Positions 40,215 through 54,762 of a DNA stretch of 64,000 nucleotides are shown one piece after another. A program made the translations under genes and the position numbers. Source of the DNA: Eledone cirrhosa (lineage: Eukaryota); contig OZ024741.1 in NCBI GenBank assembly GCA_964016885.1, positions 108,872,001 through 108,936,000 on the forward strand, written 5' to 3'. Each line of letters begins with the position of its first letter. Positions within the stretch are counted from its first letter, which is position 1. Below the pieces are notes generated by a model that saw only the letters and a list, made by a program, of their open reading frames with translations, did no database searches and had not been told where the DNA came from.

Positions 40215-41166
40215 TATATATATATATATATATACACATACCTTCACATACAGACACACACTCACATACATACATACATATATGATCTTATAAAAGAATT
40301 TAAAGGTTTATATCTACATTATAAATAGTTGTTATTATCATTTATTTGGATAGGAAAATGGTAGTTTCGATAGAGAGGCGTATAATTTGTTATGCATTAT
40401 TTATTTAAGTTATTGTACTTTCTTTTTTTTGCGAATCTTGCCTTTTTTACTTTCCTGGTTGATAAACGTATCAACCAGAACCCCCGAAAATAAGACATTG
40501 TGCTTATGTGAGAAACCATGTTAGTTTCTTTTTAGTAATATTTATTTTGCATTTTGTAATAAATTTTATTATAAGGACATATAAATAAATATATAAATGC
40601 AATACAATAATATATCTGTTTGACGTTTGTTTGTTTGTTTGTTTGTTTGTTTGTTTGTAGTTTTTACTTGGCCTATGTATGACTGGAATATTGCCAAATT
40701 CACTTGCCAATAATTCCACACTATGTAAAAGTAAACAAGGTCATCTATTTATACAGAAGCTAGAAAGTTTGTGTTTTAGAACCTGACTTCACATTTCTGT
40801 GTGTATGATGTGTTGGGAGAAGCGAGGAAGGGACGAGAAAGGATGGAAGGGGTGGAAAGGAGAGGATGAGAAAGAAGGAAAGAAGAGAAGATAAGAAGAT
40901 CAGAAAGGAAGAGTGGGGTGTGATGAATTTGGGCACATAGAGAGGATGGAAAGAGAGACACACACAAAAGGGGATGACAGCATAAAACGATGATATGCAC
41001 GACGAAGAAGGAATGAAATAAAATAACGATAGAAACAAAGAAGATAATGGGAAATGAACTGGAAAAAAAGAAAGAAAAGTGAGTGGAGAAAAATTATAAG
41101 GAAGGAAAAAGAAGGAACGAAAGAAAGAAAGAAAAACAGAAAGAAAGAAAGAAGGAAAGGAAGAAA

Positions 41167-41338
41167 TAATTGTTTCGACTTTTGACACAAGGCCAGCAAT
41201 TATATCAGTTCATTACTGGTACTTTATTTTATCGAACTTGTAAGGAGGAAAGGCAAAGTTAACTCAGACTGTAAAGTGACGTAACTCTATACTGGAAAGC
41301 ATAGCGTCCGACCCTCTACCGATACTGCCACTCCACCA
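41167..41338 (-). mobile_element. SINE family 1
   Basis: Head and tail match 2966-3152. Confidence 0.8.
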
Positions 41339-41837
41339 AGGGATAAACGAAGGAAAGGAAGTCAGAAAGAATGAAATAAAGACGGAAGTGACGAAAAAGG
41401 AGAAAATAAAGAAAGAAAAAATACTAGTTTTAAAATTAAGGAAAGATAGAATCAAAGAAGAAAAAGAAGGTAAGAACGAAATACAGTAAGAAATAAGTCA
41501 GGAAAGGAACAAAAACAGATGCCTAAACTAAAACGATATATATAAAAACAAAAACTAAGAGATAAGTGGATTGTGGCAAGGTTAATTAGATTGATGAGGT
41601 ATGTGAGGTTTGAAATAACTTTTAACGGGATGAGGAGGGAGAAATGGGAGATGGAAGTGAAGGATGAGGTAAGAAATATTATTAATTCCCCTTTATTTAC
41701 TTCTTTACAGTATTTATAGGTTCGCTGCTCAAATATATATATACATGTATATATATATATATATACATACATATATATGTGTGTGTATATATATATATAT
41801 ATGTGTATATATATATTTATATATATATATATATATA

Positions 41838-43591
<1,754 letters not shown>

Positions 43592-43602
43592 CACATATAT
43601 AT

Positions 43603-43820
43603 AAGTCGATCGACTTTCGTCAAATCGGACCGAGGTAACAATGTTTCTGTTGGTCTTTCCAATTGCTAATACTCTCTATCGGTCGCAACTCCAGGTAGAA
43701 GGAGCAACGTGAAATAAAGTGTCTTGCTCAAGAACATAACGCATCGCCTGGTCCGAGAATCGAACTCGCAACCTCACGATTGCGAATCCAATTCTCTAAC
43801 CCCTCAGTCACGCGCCTTCA
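43603..43820 (-). mobile_element. tRNA-derived SINE (family 2)
   Basis: Homolog of 10628-10808. Confidence 0.8.
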
Positions 43821-43837
43821 TATATACATATATATAT

Positions 43838-44042
43838 ACCACAACTGGCAAGGAACCAGATGGACCATAACGTACCAGAGTACTGAATAGTTAGGGAAAT
43901 AAATGAATACTTAGGGAATAATAGGAAAATGTATGACCCCGACGGCAGAGCTCAAGCCGTTTCGACGGCTATTTCTGGACGGCAGAAATAGCCGTCGAAA
44001 CGGCTTGAGCTCTGCCGCCGTTGGGGTCATACATTTTCCTAT
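43838..44042. mobile_element. Family B fold-back element
   Basis: Arms 43922-43977 and 43983-44042. Confidence 0.85.
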
Positions 44043-44050
44043 ATATATGT

Positions 44051-44095
<45 letters not shown>

Positions 44096-44105
<10 letters not shown>

Positions 44106-44200
44106 ATCAAAAGATGGTTAAATGAGTTCCATGTATTTTATTATGCTAATTTCAAAAAATACATGGAACTCATTTAACCATCTTTTGATGTTATATATTA
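44096..44200. repeat. Short fold-back palindrome next to (TA)n
   Basis: ATCAAAAGATGGTTAAATGAGTTCCATGTATTTT and its reverse complement. Confidence 0.85.
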
Positions 44201-44287
44201 TGTATACTCCAGTCCTACAAACTGTAGAGTGCTTCTTATCCGATATCTGCATTGCTTTATTGTACTACAATAAAACTCACCTCCTAC

Positions 44288-44347
<60 letters not shown>

Positions 44348-44351
<4 letters not shown>

Positions 44352-44846
44352 AGTAAATATAAATTAATATATATGATGAAACACAAATACCAACATATCT
44401 GTGTTTATATTGTAAAAGAAATTAAGTTAGCTAGAATGAAATATACTAATTATAATATTACAGTTTGCCTATTTCGATTTAAAATAATAAATCAATAAAA
44501 ACAAACAGTATTGGCAAATGGCCATGGTGTTTAGACAAATTTAAATTTCAAAATCAAACCTGTTCCGTAGATAAGTTTAAATTTTAAAATCCAAATATGT
44601 TTCGAGATGAATAAGTGTAAGGATATCATGTCCAGCTCACATCAGTAAACACCCTGAACAAATTGATATGCTTCATTTGCCAATACTGTTTGTTTTTATT
44701 GATTTATTATTTTAAATCGAGATAGGCAAACTGTAATATTATAATTAGTATATTTCATTCTAGCTAACTTAATTTCTTTTACAATATAAACACAGATATG
44801 TTGGTATTTGTGTTTCATCATATATATTAATTTATATTTACTTGTA
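44348..44846. repeat. Inverted repeat, ~172-bp arms, ~155-bp spacer
   Basis: 44348-44520 versus 44675-44846. (TA)n on both sides. Confidence 0.9.
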
Positions 44847-44909
44847 TTATACGGCTCAGAAATATTTCTTTCTTTGTAAAGGAATGCTTGAGTTTTGAAC
44901 TCAATACAC

Positions 44910-44989
<80 letters not shown>

Positions 44990-44992
<3 letters not shown>

Positions 44993-45855
44993 AATACAAT
45001 ATCGGAGAAAGCTTTTTAGCAATACTCCAGCCAAATTCCAACTCACTAAACAAACATTAGGAAATAAGTGATTATATTCCTAATTATGCGTTCGGGAGCT
45101 AACTAAAAGTATTACGTGGAAAATTGGCTGTATTATTTCATATGAGACATATCGAATAAATCTCTTCCCAGATGGACGTCTCGTTTCATTATAGGATTCC
45201 TACAATTTGGGTGAAATTATACCAATTTATGTAGGAGCTTGTATACCATCAATAGATATATATTCAAGTGGGCTCCTATAATTCATCAGTGGGTGCCCCA
45301 ATAATACTAATATTGATAATCAAACCAACATCAGTATTTAGCGATAATCATCATCAGTGCTTGAGGTATCTTTCAGGTTGTCTAGTCCAGCAGTTTTAAA
45401 GAAATGCTCAAACTGATTCAAAAATGAGGAAGTAAATTGCCGCCAAAAAAACAATACATGCGCATGACAATGAACTCTAAAAGGAATTCAGGCCACGTGC
45501 TAGAACTCAATTGGAAATTGAAAAAATATCTATGTGTGTACAACATTTGATGACACACAGATATTTTCTCGGGCAAAATAACAGAATGAGATATAAGGAA
45601 CAATCAATATTCATATATAAAAAAAATAAACAAAGAAAGTCTAACCTTATACCGGGAATTTCAAATCTGTTGCACCAAGAGTAAATAAATAAATACAATA
45701 TCGGAGAAAGCTTTTTAGCGATACTCCGGCCAAATTCCAACTCACTCAACAAACATTAGGAAATAAGTGATTATATTCCTAATTATGCATTCGGGGTGCT
45801 AATTAAAAGTATTACGTGGAAAATTGGCTGTATTATTTCATATGAGACATATCGT
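44990..45855 (-). mobile_element. 1.25-mer of a ~700-bp unit carrying an HHR-like motif
   Basis: 44990-45154 repeated at 45690-45854. Motif at 45167-45294 (-). (TA)n flanks. Confidence 0.75.
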
Positions 45856-45874
45856 ATATATATATATATATATA

Positions 45875-46070
45875 CGTTATTCCGGGTTGAATCGGAGGTA
45901 ACCACAGTAAGTAAGGTACTCAATACATTGCAGAGTATAAAGGTTTTAATATAGATGAGATTCTACAGGACTAGAACTGTTTCATTCTTTAGAAATCATC
46001 AGGAATCTCTGATGATTTCTAAAGAATGAAACAGTTCTAGTCCTGTAGAATCTCATCTATATTAAAACTA
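45875..46070. mobile_element. Family C fold-back element with HHR-like core
   Basis: Apex CATCAG-GAATCT-CTGATG. Right arm CUGAUGA-UUUC uaaa GAAU-GAAAC-AGUUCUA-GUC. Confidence 0.8.
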
Positions 46071-47104
46071 TATATATATATAGAGAGAGAGATTACAATA
46101 ATCAAAGTTCAGTTTAAATCATTTATTTGCTTACAATTGTTTCCTCCAAACCGAGGTTTGGATTCTTCGGAGCAACTATTTAGTGATCTATAACATACTT
46201 GACCTCCTTTTCAACACAAGAGACATATAAAACATATGGACATATTGATCCACAGTGGGATGACATCCATCAAAATGATATAGCATGGCAATTTACATAT
46301 AAAGGTTAAAGGATAAAAATAAAAATAAAAATGAAAATAAAAATGAAGCGTTGGCAGTCTATGAAGATAAAGCAAGAGGAAAATAAAATGTTCAGATATG
46401 ACACCCCTTAATAGATGGTAATCATCCTAATATATACACCCTAGTACTTCTTAATGGACAACACTGTAACCTATAAATAAGTAACATATTCTAGAAATTA
46501 GTTTTAACATCATATGATAGGCACTTATTTGAAACACCATTAATGTAATTTATGATAATAAATTTAACTAAGAAAACCAGCTAGTTACCTCCCCTTACGC
46601 ATTAATTCCCCTTGGTCATACAGACACTTCCGGAATATAATATCATCACAGAAAACTAAACAACATGATCTATTAATTAAGAATCGACAAGATACGGTTT
46701 ATAACTTGGTTATATGCTGAACCATCGTGAATTATATGATAGACCCGTGTTCTATATATTGCGTCTCATGGATTATGTGAGTGGTGGTGTGAGCGAAGAC
46801 AGTGATACTGTTTTGCCTACGATACAATATGGTTTATAATATGTTTGAAATTTTTGATATGTTGGTGTTTCTCTACATTCGGGACTGTATATCATACAGG
46901 TGTATGCGAATAAATGACTTAATAATTCAGCCCATATAATAATATCGATTGCCTGCTTCAACTGCCTGACCCTGCATATAACAATCTGACGCACTCTAAT
47001 CCTATATAAATAAGACACGCGTGCATGCTACACGTGAGATTGTTTCATACACTGACTACTCTAAACTTTCCTCTTGCTTTATCTTCATAGACTGCCAACG
47101 CTTC

Positions 47105-47400
47105 ATTTTTATTTTCATTTTTATTTTTATTTTTATTTTTATTTTTATTTTTATTTTTATTTTTATTTTTATTTTTATTTTTATTTTTATTTTTATTTTT
47201 ATTTTTATTTTTATTTTTATTTTTATTTTTATTTTTATTTTTATTTTTATTTTTATTTTTATTTTTATTTTTATTTTTATTTTTATTTTTATTTTTATTT
47301 TTATTTTTATTTTTATTTTTATTTTTATTTTTATTTTTATTTTTATTTTTATTTTTATTTTTATTTTTATTTTTATTTTTATTTTTATTTTTATTTTTAT
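47105..47400. repeat. (ATTTTT)n, about 49 units
   Basis: Directly visible. Confidence 0.95.
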
Positions 47401-47537
47401 CCTTTAACCTTTATATGTAAATTGCCATGCTATATCATTTTGATGGATGTCATCCCACTGTGGATCAATATGTCCATATGTTTTATATGTCTCTTGTGTT
47501 GAAAAGGAGGTCAAGTATGTTATAGATCACTAAATAG

Positions 47538-47586
47538 TTGCTCCGAAGAATCCAAACCTCGGTTTGGAGGAAACAATTGTAAGCAA
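47538..47586 (+). ncRNA. Minimal HHR variant (U4C)
   Basis: UUGCU-CCGAAGA-a UCCAAACC uc GGUUUGGA g-GAAA-CAAUUG-UA|AGCAA. Mirror copy at ~46127-46176 (-). Confidence 0.6.
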
Positions 47587-47789
47587 ATAAATGATTTAAA
47601 CTGAACTTTGATTATTGTAATCTCTATATAACTGCTCTGTAAAACAACCGATGTTATTACATTGAGCTATTTATCTTACTGGTAATAAGATAGTAATTAA
47701 TGACTATCTTTCACTATTTAAGGTTTGTATAAAAAATATATTACCATAAAAGGTTTTATTACATACATAACCATAAATAGTATCCTTAA

Positions 47790-47844
<55 letters not shown>

Positions 47845-47846
<2 letters not shown>

Positions 47847-49229
47847 TAGAACACTGGAAGGAAATATCCGTAGTGGTAGAGCACTCAGTCCATGGGACGA
47901 GTTAGGTAGAAATGGTTACACAATAGTTAGTTCACCATGCCAAGAACAATTGTTGCACCTTAGCGGATCCTCAGCTCGTAATGTACATGGTTATACGCAA
48001 CAGGAAGTACAACCGTACGAACGCGCTTGCGGTATATTCCCGTGTGGAATTCCGGGAGTCTAACACGTAATATGTCTAAAATAAATAGGCCAACCGAGTC
48101 GCATACGTCAGCACTGTCAAACGGTCCCATGGAGACGTCGAATAGATCTGAAGTTGTTGACTTCTTTGCCCAGGCTACTCCGTTGTTGAAGAGGAGGGTT
48201 TTCCGGCAGTGACCGGAAATACGAAAGTGTTATTAGAAGACCTAAATTTCTTAATATCATTTCAAAGTTTAGGTTGAAAGGTGTTAGGGTGTTTGCGAAA
48301 GGAAATGTTAGCTACTAAGTCAAGAAGGTCCGTCTCGACAGGAGCAAGTTCAGTTACCTTAGGAGGGTACGTTCTCGATTTCCGGTTGAAGGTGTTATGG
48401 GTGCCTGTAATGTTGCCGTCAAAAGCTAGGGCTCGCCATCTTAAGCGTCTGACGACATCTTCCGCTTTATGTAGGAGAAGCTTTTGGTAAACATGGTTGG
48501 AGGGAGTGGGAATGTTCTTCAGGGAGTAATACTGACTTAGAGGAAATACAAAATTGTGTAGGACACGAGGATATAGAGAGCGCTCACAGGGTAGGGAGCC
48601 AAACTCGCACGTGGTGAAGAATCTGCTAAAAGCCAAGCTTCTACGTAGTGAAAAGAATCTGCTGACCGTTGCTGGAGACGTATATAGTGGTAGAACACTG
48701 GCAGGTAATATCTGTAGTGGTAGAGCACTCAATCCAAGGGGCGAGTTAGGTAGAATTGGTTACACAACAATTGTTTCACCTTAGCGGATCCTCAGCTCGT
48801 AATGGATATGGTTATACGGAACAAGAAGGACAACCGTACGAACGAGCATGCGCAGAAACGATCACTTCACACAGGCAATACTAGATTGCGTACGAGGTGG
48901 TGTAAAGGAGATAACTGCGAAAGTCCGAAAGTTTCTAGTTGATAAGAAAATTAGGATATTGTTGTAATTCAATCCGGAGCTTTGTAGTTATGTAAGAGGT
49001 GTTTCCAGACGTGTGGTGTGGACTATATATTGCTGAACGAATAAATATTCTAAACAGATTACGCAATAGTGATTGCCTAAACACGAGAAATGAATTCTTC
49101 ACACGCTGTCCACATATCTAGAAACACCTCTTACGCAATCTAGTATTGCCTGTGTGAAGTGATCGTTTATGCGCATGCACGTTCGTACGGTTGTCCTTCC
49201 TGTTCCGTATAACCATGTCCATTATATAA

Positions 49230-49235
<6 letters not shown>
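47845..49235 (-). mobile_element. Internally deleted PLE (family E): tandem terminal repeats around the ORF N-terminus, plus inverted 3' piece
   Basis: YSLKNIPTPS...RRLRWRA...YPPKVTELAPVETDLLDLV (PLE N-terminus). Plus strand 49016-49145 reads CGLYIAERINIL...LNTRNEFFTRCPH (PLE C-terminus). HHR CGAG-CUGAGGA-UCC gcuaa GGU-GAAA-CAAUUG-UU at ~48766-48799, with a GCAA copy at ~47941-47978. Confidence 0.85.
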
Positions 49236-49310
<75 letters not shown>

Positions 49311-49327
49311 TAAAAGGAATTCCAACT

Positions 49328-49650
49328 TTGTCTGATTTACTCGTTTTATTTACAATCCTTTAAAATTTATAATGGTATTAGAATGAAATAGTATGGTAGA
49401 ATATTAAATGTTAAGTGCTAATTGAACAAGTACTTTCATGCTTTCGCAAGCTTCAGGGTCATATTCTGTGGTGACAGTCAAGTTTGCAATTTTCAACTGT
49501 CGAAAATTGCAAACTTGACTGTCACCACAGAATATGAACCTGAAGATTGCGAAAGCATGAAAGTACTTGTTCAATTAACATTTAACATTTAATATTCTAC
49601 CATACTATTTCATTATAATATCATTATAAATATTAAAGGATTGTAAATAC
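49328..49650. repeat. Fold-back palindrome, ~155-bp arms (family D)
   Basis: Apex GCAATTTTC-AACTGTC-GAAAATTGC. Confidence 0.9.
49535..49573 (+). ncRNA. Minimal HHR
   Basis: UGAAC-CUGAAGA-u UGC gaaa GCA u-GAAA-GUAC-UU|GUUCA; palindromic AGUACU. Confidence 0.75.
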
Positions 49651-50638
49651 CATTTTGAGAGAAATCAAATAATCTGATATTCATTTGATGTAATTCCAAC
49701 AATGAAATGAAGCATAGTCATGGGTTCGTATAGCGAAATGTACACAAAATGTACTGTCACATACATCTGGGGACATCTTGATTATGGGGCGTATAACCAT
49801 TGGGAGGAAGTAGGAGATCCTGTAGTTCCTAGCGATTTTGGCTCCGCATACATGACGATAGATATAATGACACCCCCTTAGAGAAAATATTCTTCAACCC
49901 AGCTGAAAAAACTTATAAGATGAATAAAATTTATCCTACGAGGTTACCCTTTAATAAAAGGGCTTGTATACCACAACAAATAGATGACGAGACAGAGGCA
50001 CAGTTCACCATAGCTAGAAATAAGATTAGACAAATAGTAGACCGATATTGTAAGAAACAAAGCAGACCAAAGGTCCAACAGCTTGGAAGGAAACCTGTAG
50101 AAGGCTTAGTTAGCCTCAAGCAGCGCACAAGGGATAGCGAGTTCGTGTGTCTACCCACAGATAAGTCTGGTAGGATGTCGATAGATAGCATTCCGAACTA
50201 CATCAAGGCTATGCAACCCCACATCACCAACACGAGCGAAATTACACAACAAACACATGAGGGGAGAGATAAGATCCTCAACGCTCACATGATGATGTGG
50301 ACGGACATCCTAAACCAAGCAGACGCACTACCAACAACTTCCAGGCGTCTACCAATGACATACCACCCTTGTATTGGCTCCACAAAAACCATAAGACAGT
50401 CGACGACCCGACAACAGGACCACCAACAAGACCTGTATGCGGAGCCAAAATCGCTAGGAACTACAGGATCTCCTACTTCCTCCCAATGGTTATACGCCCC
50501 ATAATCAAGATGTCCGCAGATGTATGTGACAGTACATTTTGTGTACATTTCGCTATACGAACCCATGACTATGCTTCATTTCATTGTTGGAATTACATCA
50601 AATGAATATCAGATTATTTGATTTCTCTCAAAATGGTA
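49648..50638 (+). mobile_element. PLE RT N-terminal fragment bounded by ~200-bp inverted repeats
   Basis: VCLPTDKSGRM, PPLYWLHKNHK...GPPTRPVCGA. 49648-49850 is the reverse complement of 50435-50638. Confidence 0.85.
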
Positions 50639-50778
50639 TGGAATAACAACACCAATAACATCAACCACAACAGCTAATCCAGTCCTCGGTTATTTTATTA
50701 ACAAAATGGTTATTTTATCGTAACATTTAATTATCGTTATGACCATTTCAATGTCTATGCTTGTTAATCAGTTGATTT

Positions 50779-50880
<102 letters not shown>

Positions 50881-51822
50881 CTTTCTATAGATGTGTGTGA
50901 GTATATCTGTTAAGATAACGTGTATATATTAACGTATGTAAGACTATATTTACATGATTTAATCTATTTTAGATTACTGTATTTAATTTTTTTAAAGTAA
51001 TGTTTTCACAAACTTACAGATACATCGAAATGAACTCTATTCCAAAATGTGTTTAAATTCATGAGGATAAAACAAAATATTAATTTAAAGAAGAAAAATG
51101 TCTTGATTCTTTCTATTATTGCAGAAAACTAATTTACACCAAACGTATAGTGAAATATACGATATCATGTTTATATTTTTCTAGGAGTAGTTTCAATTTA
51201 ACTAGACACAGAGTAGGGTTGATTTTTTTAAATCAAACTTTATTATTGGTTTCGTTTTCATCAGTAACAAAGTGATATTTTGAAATATACAAATATTGAT
51301 TTCATTAGGACCAATGGATTGGCAGAGTGGTTAGATTAGCGGTCTGAAACATTCAACTCGCAAACTACTTATCTATGGCCCGCGGCCTTGCACTTCTCAT
51401 GATTAATATTTTTCAAATATTTGGTAATTTCTCCCTCACCCTTTCCATATACTTGGAATTTATCGATGAAGTATAATAAAGTGAAAAAATGGAATTAATC
51501 AAAAGTGAAAACGGAAAAAAAGAGAAGTTACCAAATGTAATGATGGAATTAAGGAGACATGACCAAACCCTAAAGATTATGAACATTGATGTTTCCTTCC
51601 CAACAACACACATAACACATTTTTCAGTGACCTAAGTAAAACTAATGTCTGTATCTATTCTACACAACATGCGATAAAACATTAGTTTATAAGATTAATC
51701 GGTTATTGAAAACATGTAAACCATTAAAAGGTTATTTAAATGCTGCAAAACGAATATTAGTATGGGTAAAATAGTTTAGATTATACATGTATGCACGCAC
51801 GCACATTTTATAAATATATATG

Positions 51823-51864
51823 AAAGCAACATGTGTAACGACCCACGTGATTCATTTTCACGTG

Positions 51865-51896
<32 letters not shown>

Positions 51897-51937
51897 AGAG
51901 AAAATGAATCACGTGGGTCGTTACACATGCTGCTTTT
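51823..51937. repeat. 37-bp inverted repeat around (TA)n(CA)n
   Basis: AAAGCAACATGTGTAACGACCCACGTGATTCATTTTC and its reverse complement. Confidence 0.8.
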
Positions 51938-52493
51938 TACGGGATTGAAAGTAAATATTTCAGATATTCCGACTATGTAAAACGATATTCCATTCGTCTG
52001 TTAATAGCTATGGCAGAAATAATATGACATTAAACATGGATATCATTAGAACACGTTCTATTTCACATTATTTTATTAATTCCTTTTTTTAAACTCATTC
52101 CATTTCATGTTTTAATAGAGAATCATGATCTTTACGTCTCTTAGCATGCAGGAACAAACAATTGCAGAGAAGTAGAGGTAGAACCTAAAAACGATTGATA
52201 AGTGTCAAATGCAAGAGAGATGAAATTTAATACTGTTTTTCCGTTATCTGTCTTATCATGCGAACGATTCATTTACAAAATCTCGTTGAGTAGCACAGTA
52301 GCTGATGTACTAACAAACGTTAATATATATAACACGGCAGGGAGAAGTGCACTTTATGGTAGATTTACATACTGCTAGTAAAACTATGAAATGTCATACA
52401 TTCGCGATATTAAAGGCACCTATTTTAGCTTTTGAAAATTTTTAAATATATATACAGAGGTACTGGTTATGTATGTGCAAATGTGCATATGTG

Positions 52494-52577
<84 letters not shown>

Positions 52578-52585
52578 TACATATA

Positions 52586-52631
<46 letters not shown>

Positions 52632-52697
52632 TGTGTGTGTGTAGCGGGAGTCTATGCGCACGGATGCTGTTATCTTTATGATTGTGTGCGTGTGTGA

Positions 52698-52813
<116 letters not shown>

Positions 52814-53198
52814 ACGCGTGGACGTGTGAACTACCAAACCCAGCAGTAATTTATCGAAGTGTGGCTGAAACGGGACAGCTGATGGTCAGCCGAATCATAC
52901 TTGTTGGTCAGAATTATGATGACGTAGAATCCATACGTACATATATATATGTGTGCATGTATGTATATATATATACATACTACTGTACGTCTGTATACAT
53001 ATATGTATGTACGTGTACATACTTATATTTAAGTAACAGCCGTACTAAGAGTGGGAAATGAAATTTCGTTTCATTTTTTCCGTTTATTGTTTTCGGTGCA
53101 CCCGGCCGATTAACCAACTCGATATGCATATTGGGCTACTCAGCCGTTAATATGCATAAGGTAAGTATATATGTTCAACAATCTGGCAGGAAGGTATA

Positions 53199-53239
53199 CG
53201 TTGCTGACGATAGCTAATAAGCTTGAAAGTAGTACAGCG
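53199..53239 (+). ncRNA. Minimal HHR
   Basis: CGUUG-CUGACGA-u AGCU aaua AGCU u-GAAA-GUAG-UA|CAGCG. Confidence 0.65.
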
Positions 53240-53455
53240 TTCCTTTGTCAGTGTTGAACAAACGAGCAACGATGGTTGCTGGACACTACGGCTTAATACG
53301 GGATGTTTGTTTACAAACACACCGAGCATTATAATAAATGTTCGGTGAATCCATACGTACATATATATATGTGTGTGCATGTATGTATATATATATATAT
53401 ATATATATACATACTACTGTACGTCTGTATACATATATGTATGTACGTGTACATA

Positions 53456-53531
<76 letters not shown>

Positions 53532-53920
53532 TATATGTATATAAATATATATATATATATATATATTGACAGGAAGGTATACAGTGCTGACGACAGCTAA
53601 CAAGTTTACAAACAAACCGAACATTATAATAAATGTTCGGTAAACTCATACGTACATATATATATATATATGTGAGCATGTATGTATGTATATACATACT
53701 ACTGTACGTCTGTATACATATATGTATGTACGTATACATACTTATATTCAAGTATCAGCCGTACTAAGAGTGAGAAATGAAATTTCATTTTTTCTATTTA
53801 TCGTTTTCGGTACACCCGGCCAACTAACTCACTCGATATGCAAATTAGGCTGCTCAGCCGTTAACATGCATAAGGAAAGTATATACTTTCAAACGTTCAA
53901 TCGATTGACATGAAGGTATA

Positions 53921-53961
53921 CGATGCTGATCACAGCTAACAAGCTAGAAACTAGTTCATCG
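53921..53961 (+). ncRNA. Minimal HHR (G8C mutated)
   Basis: CGAUG-CUGAUCA-c AGCU aaca AGCU a-GAAA-CUAG-UU|CAUCG. Confidence 0.6.
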
Positions 53962-54171
53962 TTCTTTTGTCAGTGTTGAACAAAAGGGCAACGATGGTTG
54001 CCGAACACTGTACGGCTTAATTCGGGCTGTTTGTTTACAAACAAACCGAACATTATAATAAATGTTCGGTAAATCCATACGTACATATATATATATATGT
54101 GTGCATGTATGTATGTATATACATACTACTGTACGTCTGTATACATATATGTATGGACGTATACATACTTA

Positions 54172-54244
<73 letters not shown>

Positions 54245-54324
54245 AAAGTATATATTGAGTTAGGAACTCAAAATAGTCTCTTACAATAAAATACCTCTAA
54301 GAAAGAGATATTTCCGAGACGCAT

Positions 54325-54762
54325 ACTATAATTAGTATTATGCCACGGTAGTTTTTAGCCATTCCAAGATCGCCCTTTTTGGGAAAAGGGAGTATACATC
54401 CCTCAGTCCATCTGTCTATGGGGTCTTGATTATAGGCACCATTACACAACTCTAGTAGGATGGGGTGAAATTCAGGTACCTTCCACACTTCAGCTGGGAT
54501 CTCGTCGAGTCCGAACGCTTTTCCGTTACCAATACTTTTCACTGCTTTATGTAGTTCCTCCATAGTGAAAGGACCTTTCTGTATTTGGTGTTCCTCTGTA
54601 AAAACGGGTATTATTTCTTCTTCGATGATCTGTGGTGCTTTGTTAAGTAGATTCTGAAAATGTTGTTGCCACAGTTTTAAACGTTCGTCTTGGCTGGAGG
54701 CTTTCAGTTTGGCTCTGTCACTACTTTTTCTGCCACTAATTTCATTGACAGTTTTCCAGGCT
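54325..54762 (-). mobile_element. RTE-clade LINE RT N-terminal fragment
   Basis: GKAFGLDEIPAEVWK ... ILPFPKKGDLGMAKNYRGI. Confidence 0.85.

Larger units (their letters stand above)
46088..47626. mobile_element. Inverted repeat with ~680-bp spacer, HHR in each arm
   Basis: 46088-46383 versus 47066-47626. The right arm has an expanded hexamer tract. Confidence 0.9.
52928..54175 (+). repeat. Tandem array of ~420-bp HHR-bearing units
   Basis: Anchor CATACGTACATATAT...ACTACTGTACGTCTG at ~52932, 53352, 53647 and 54076. Two full units and one deleted unit. Confidence 0.85.
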
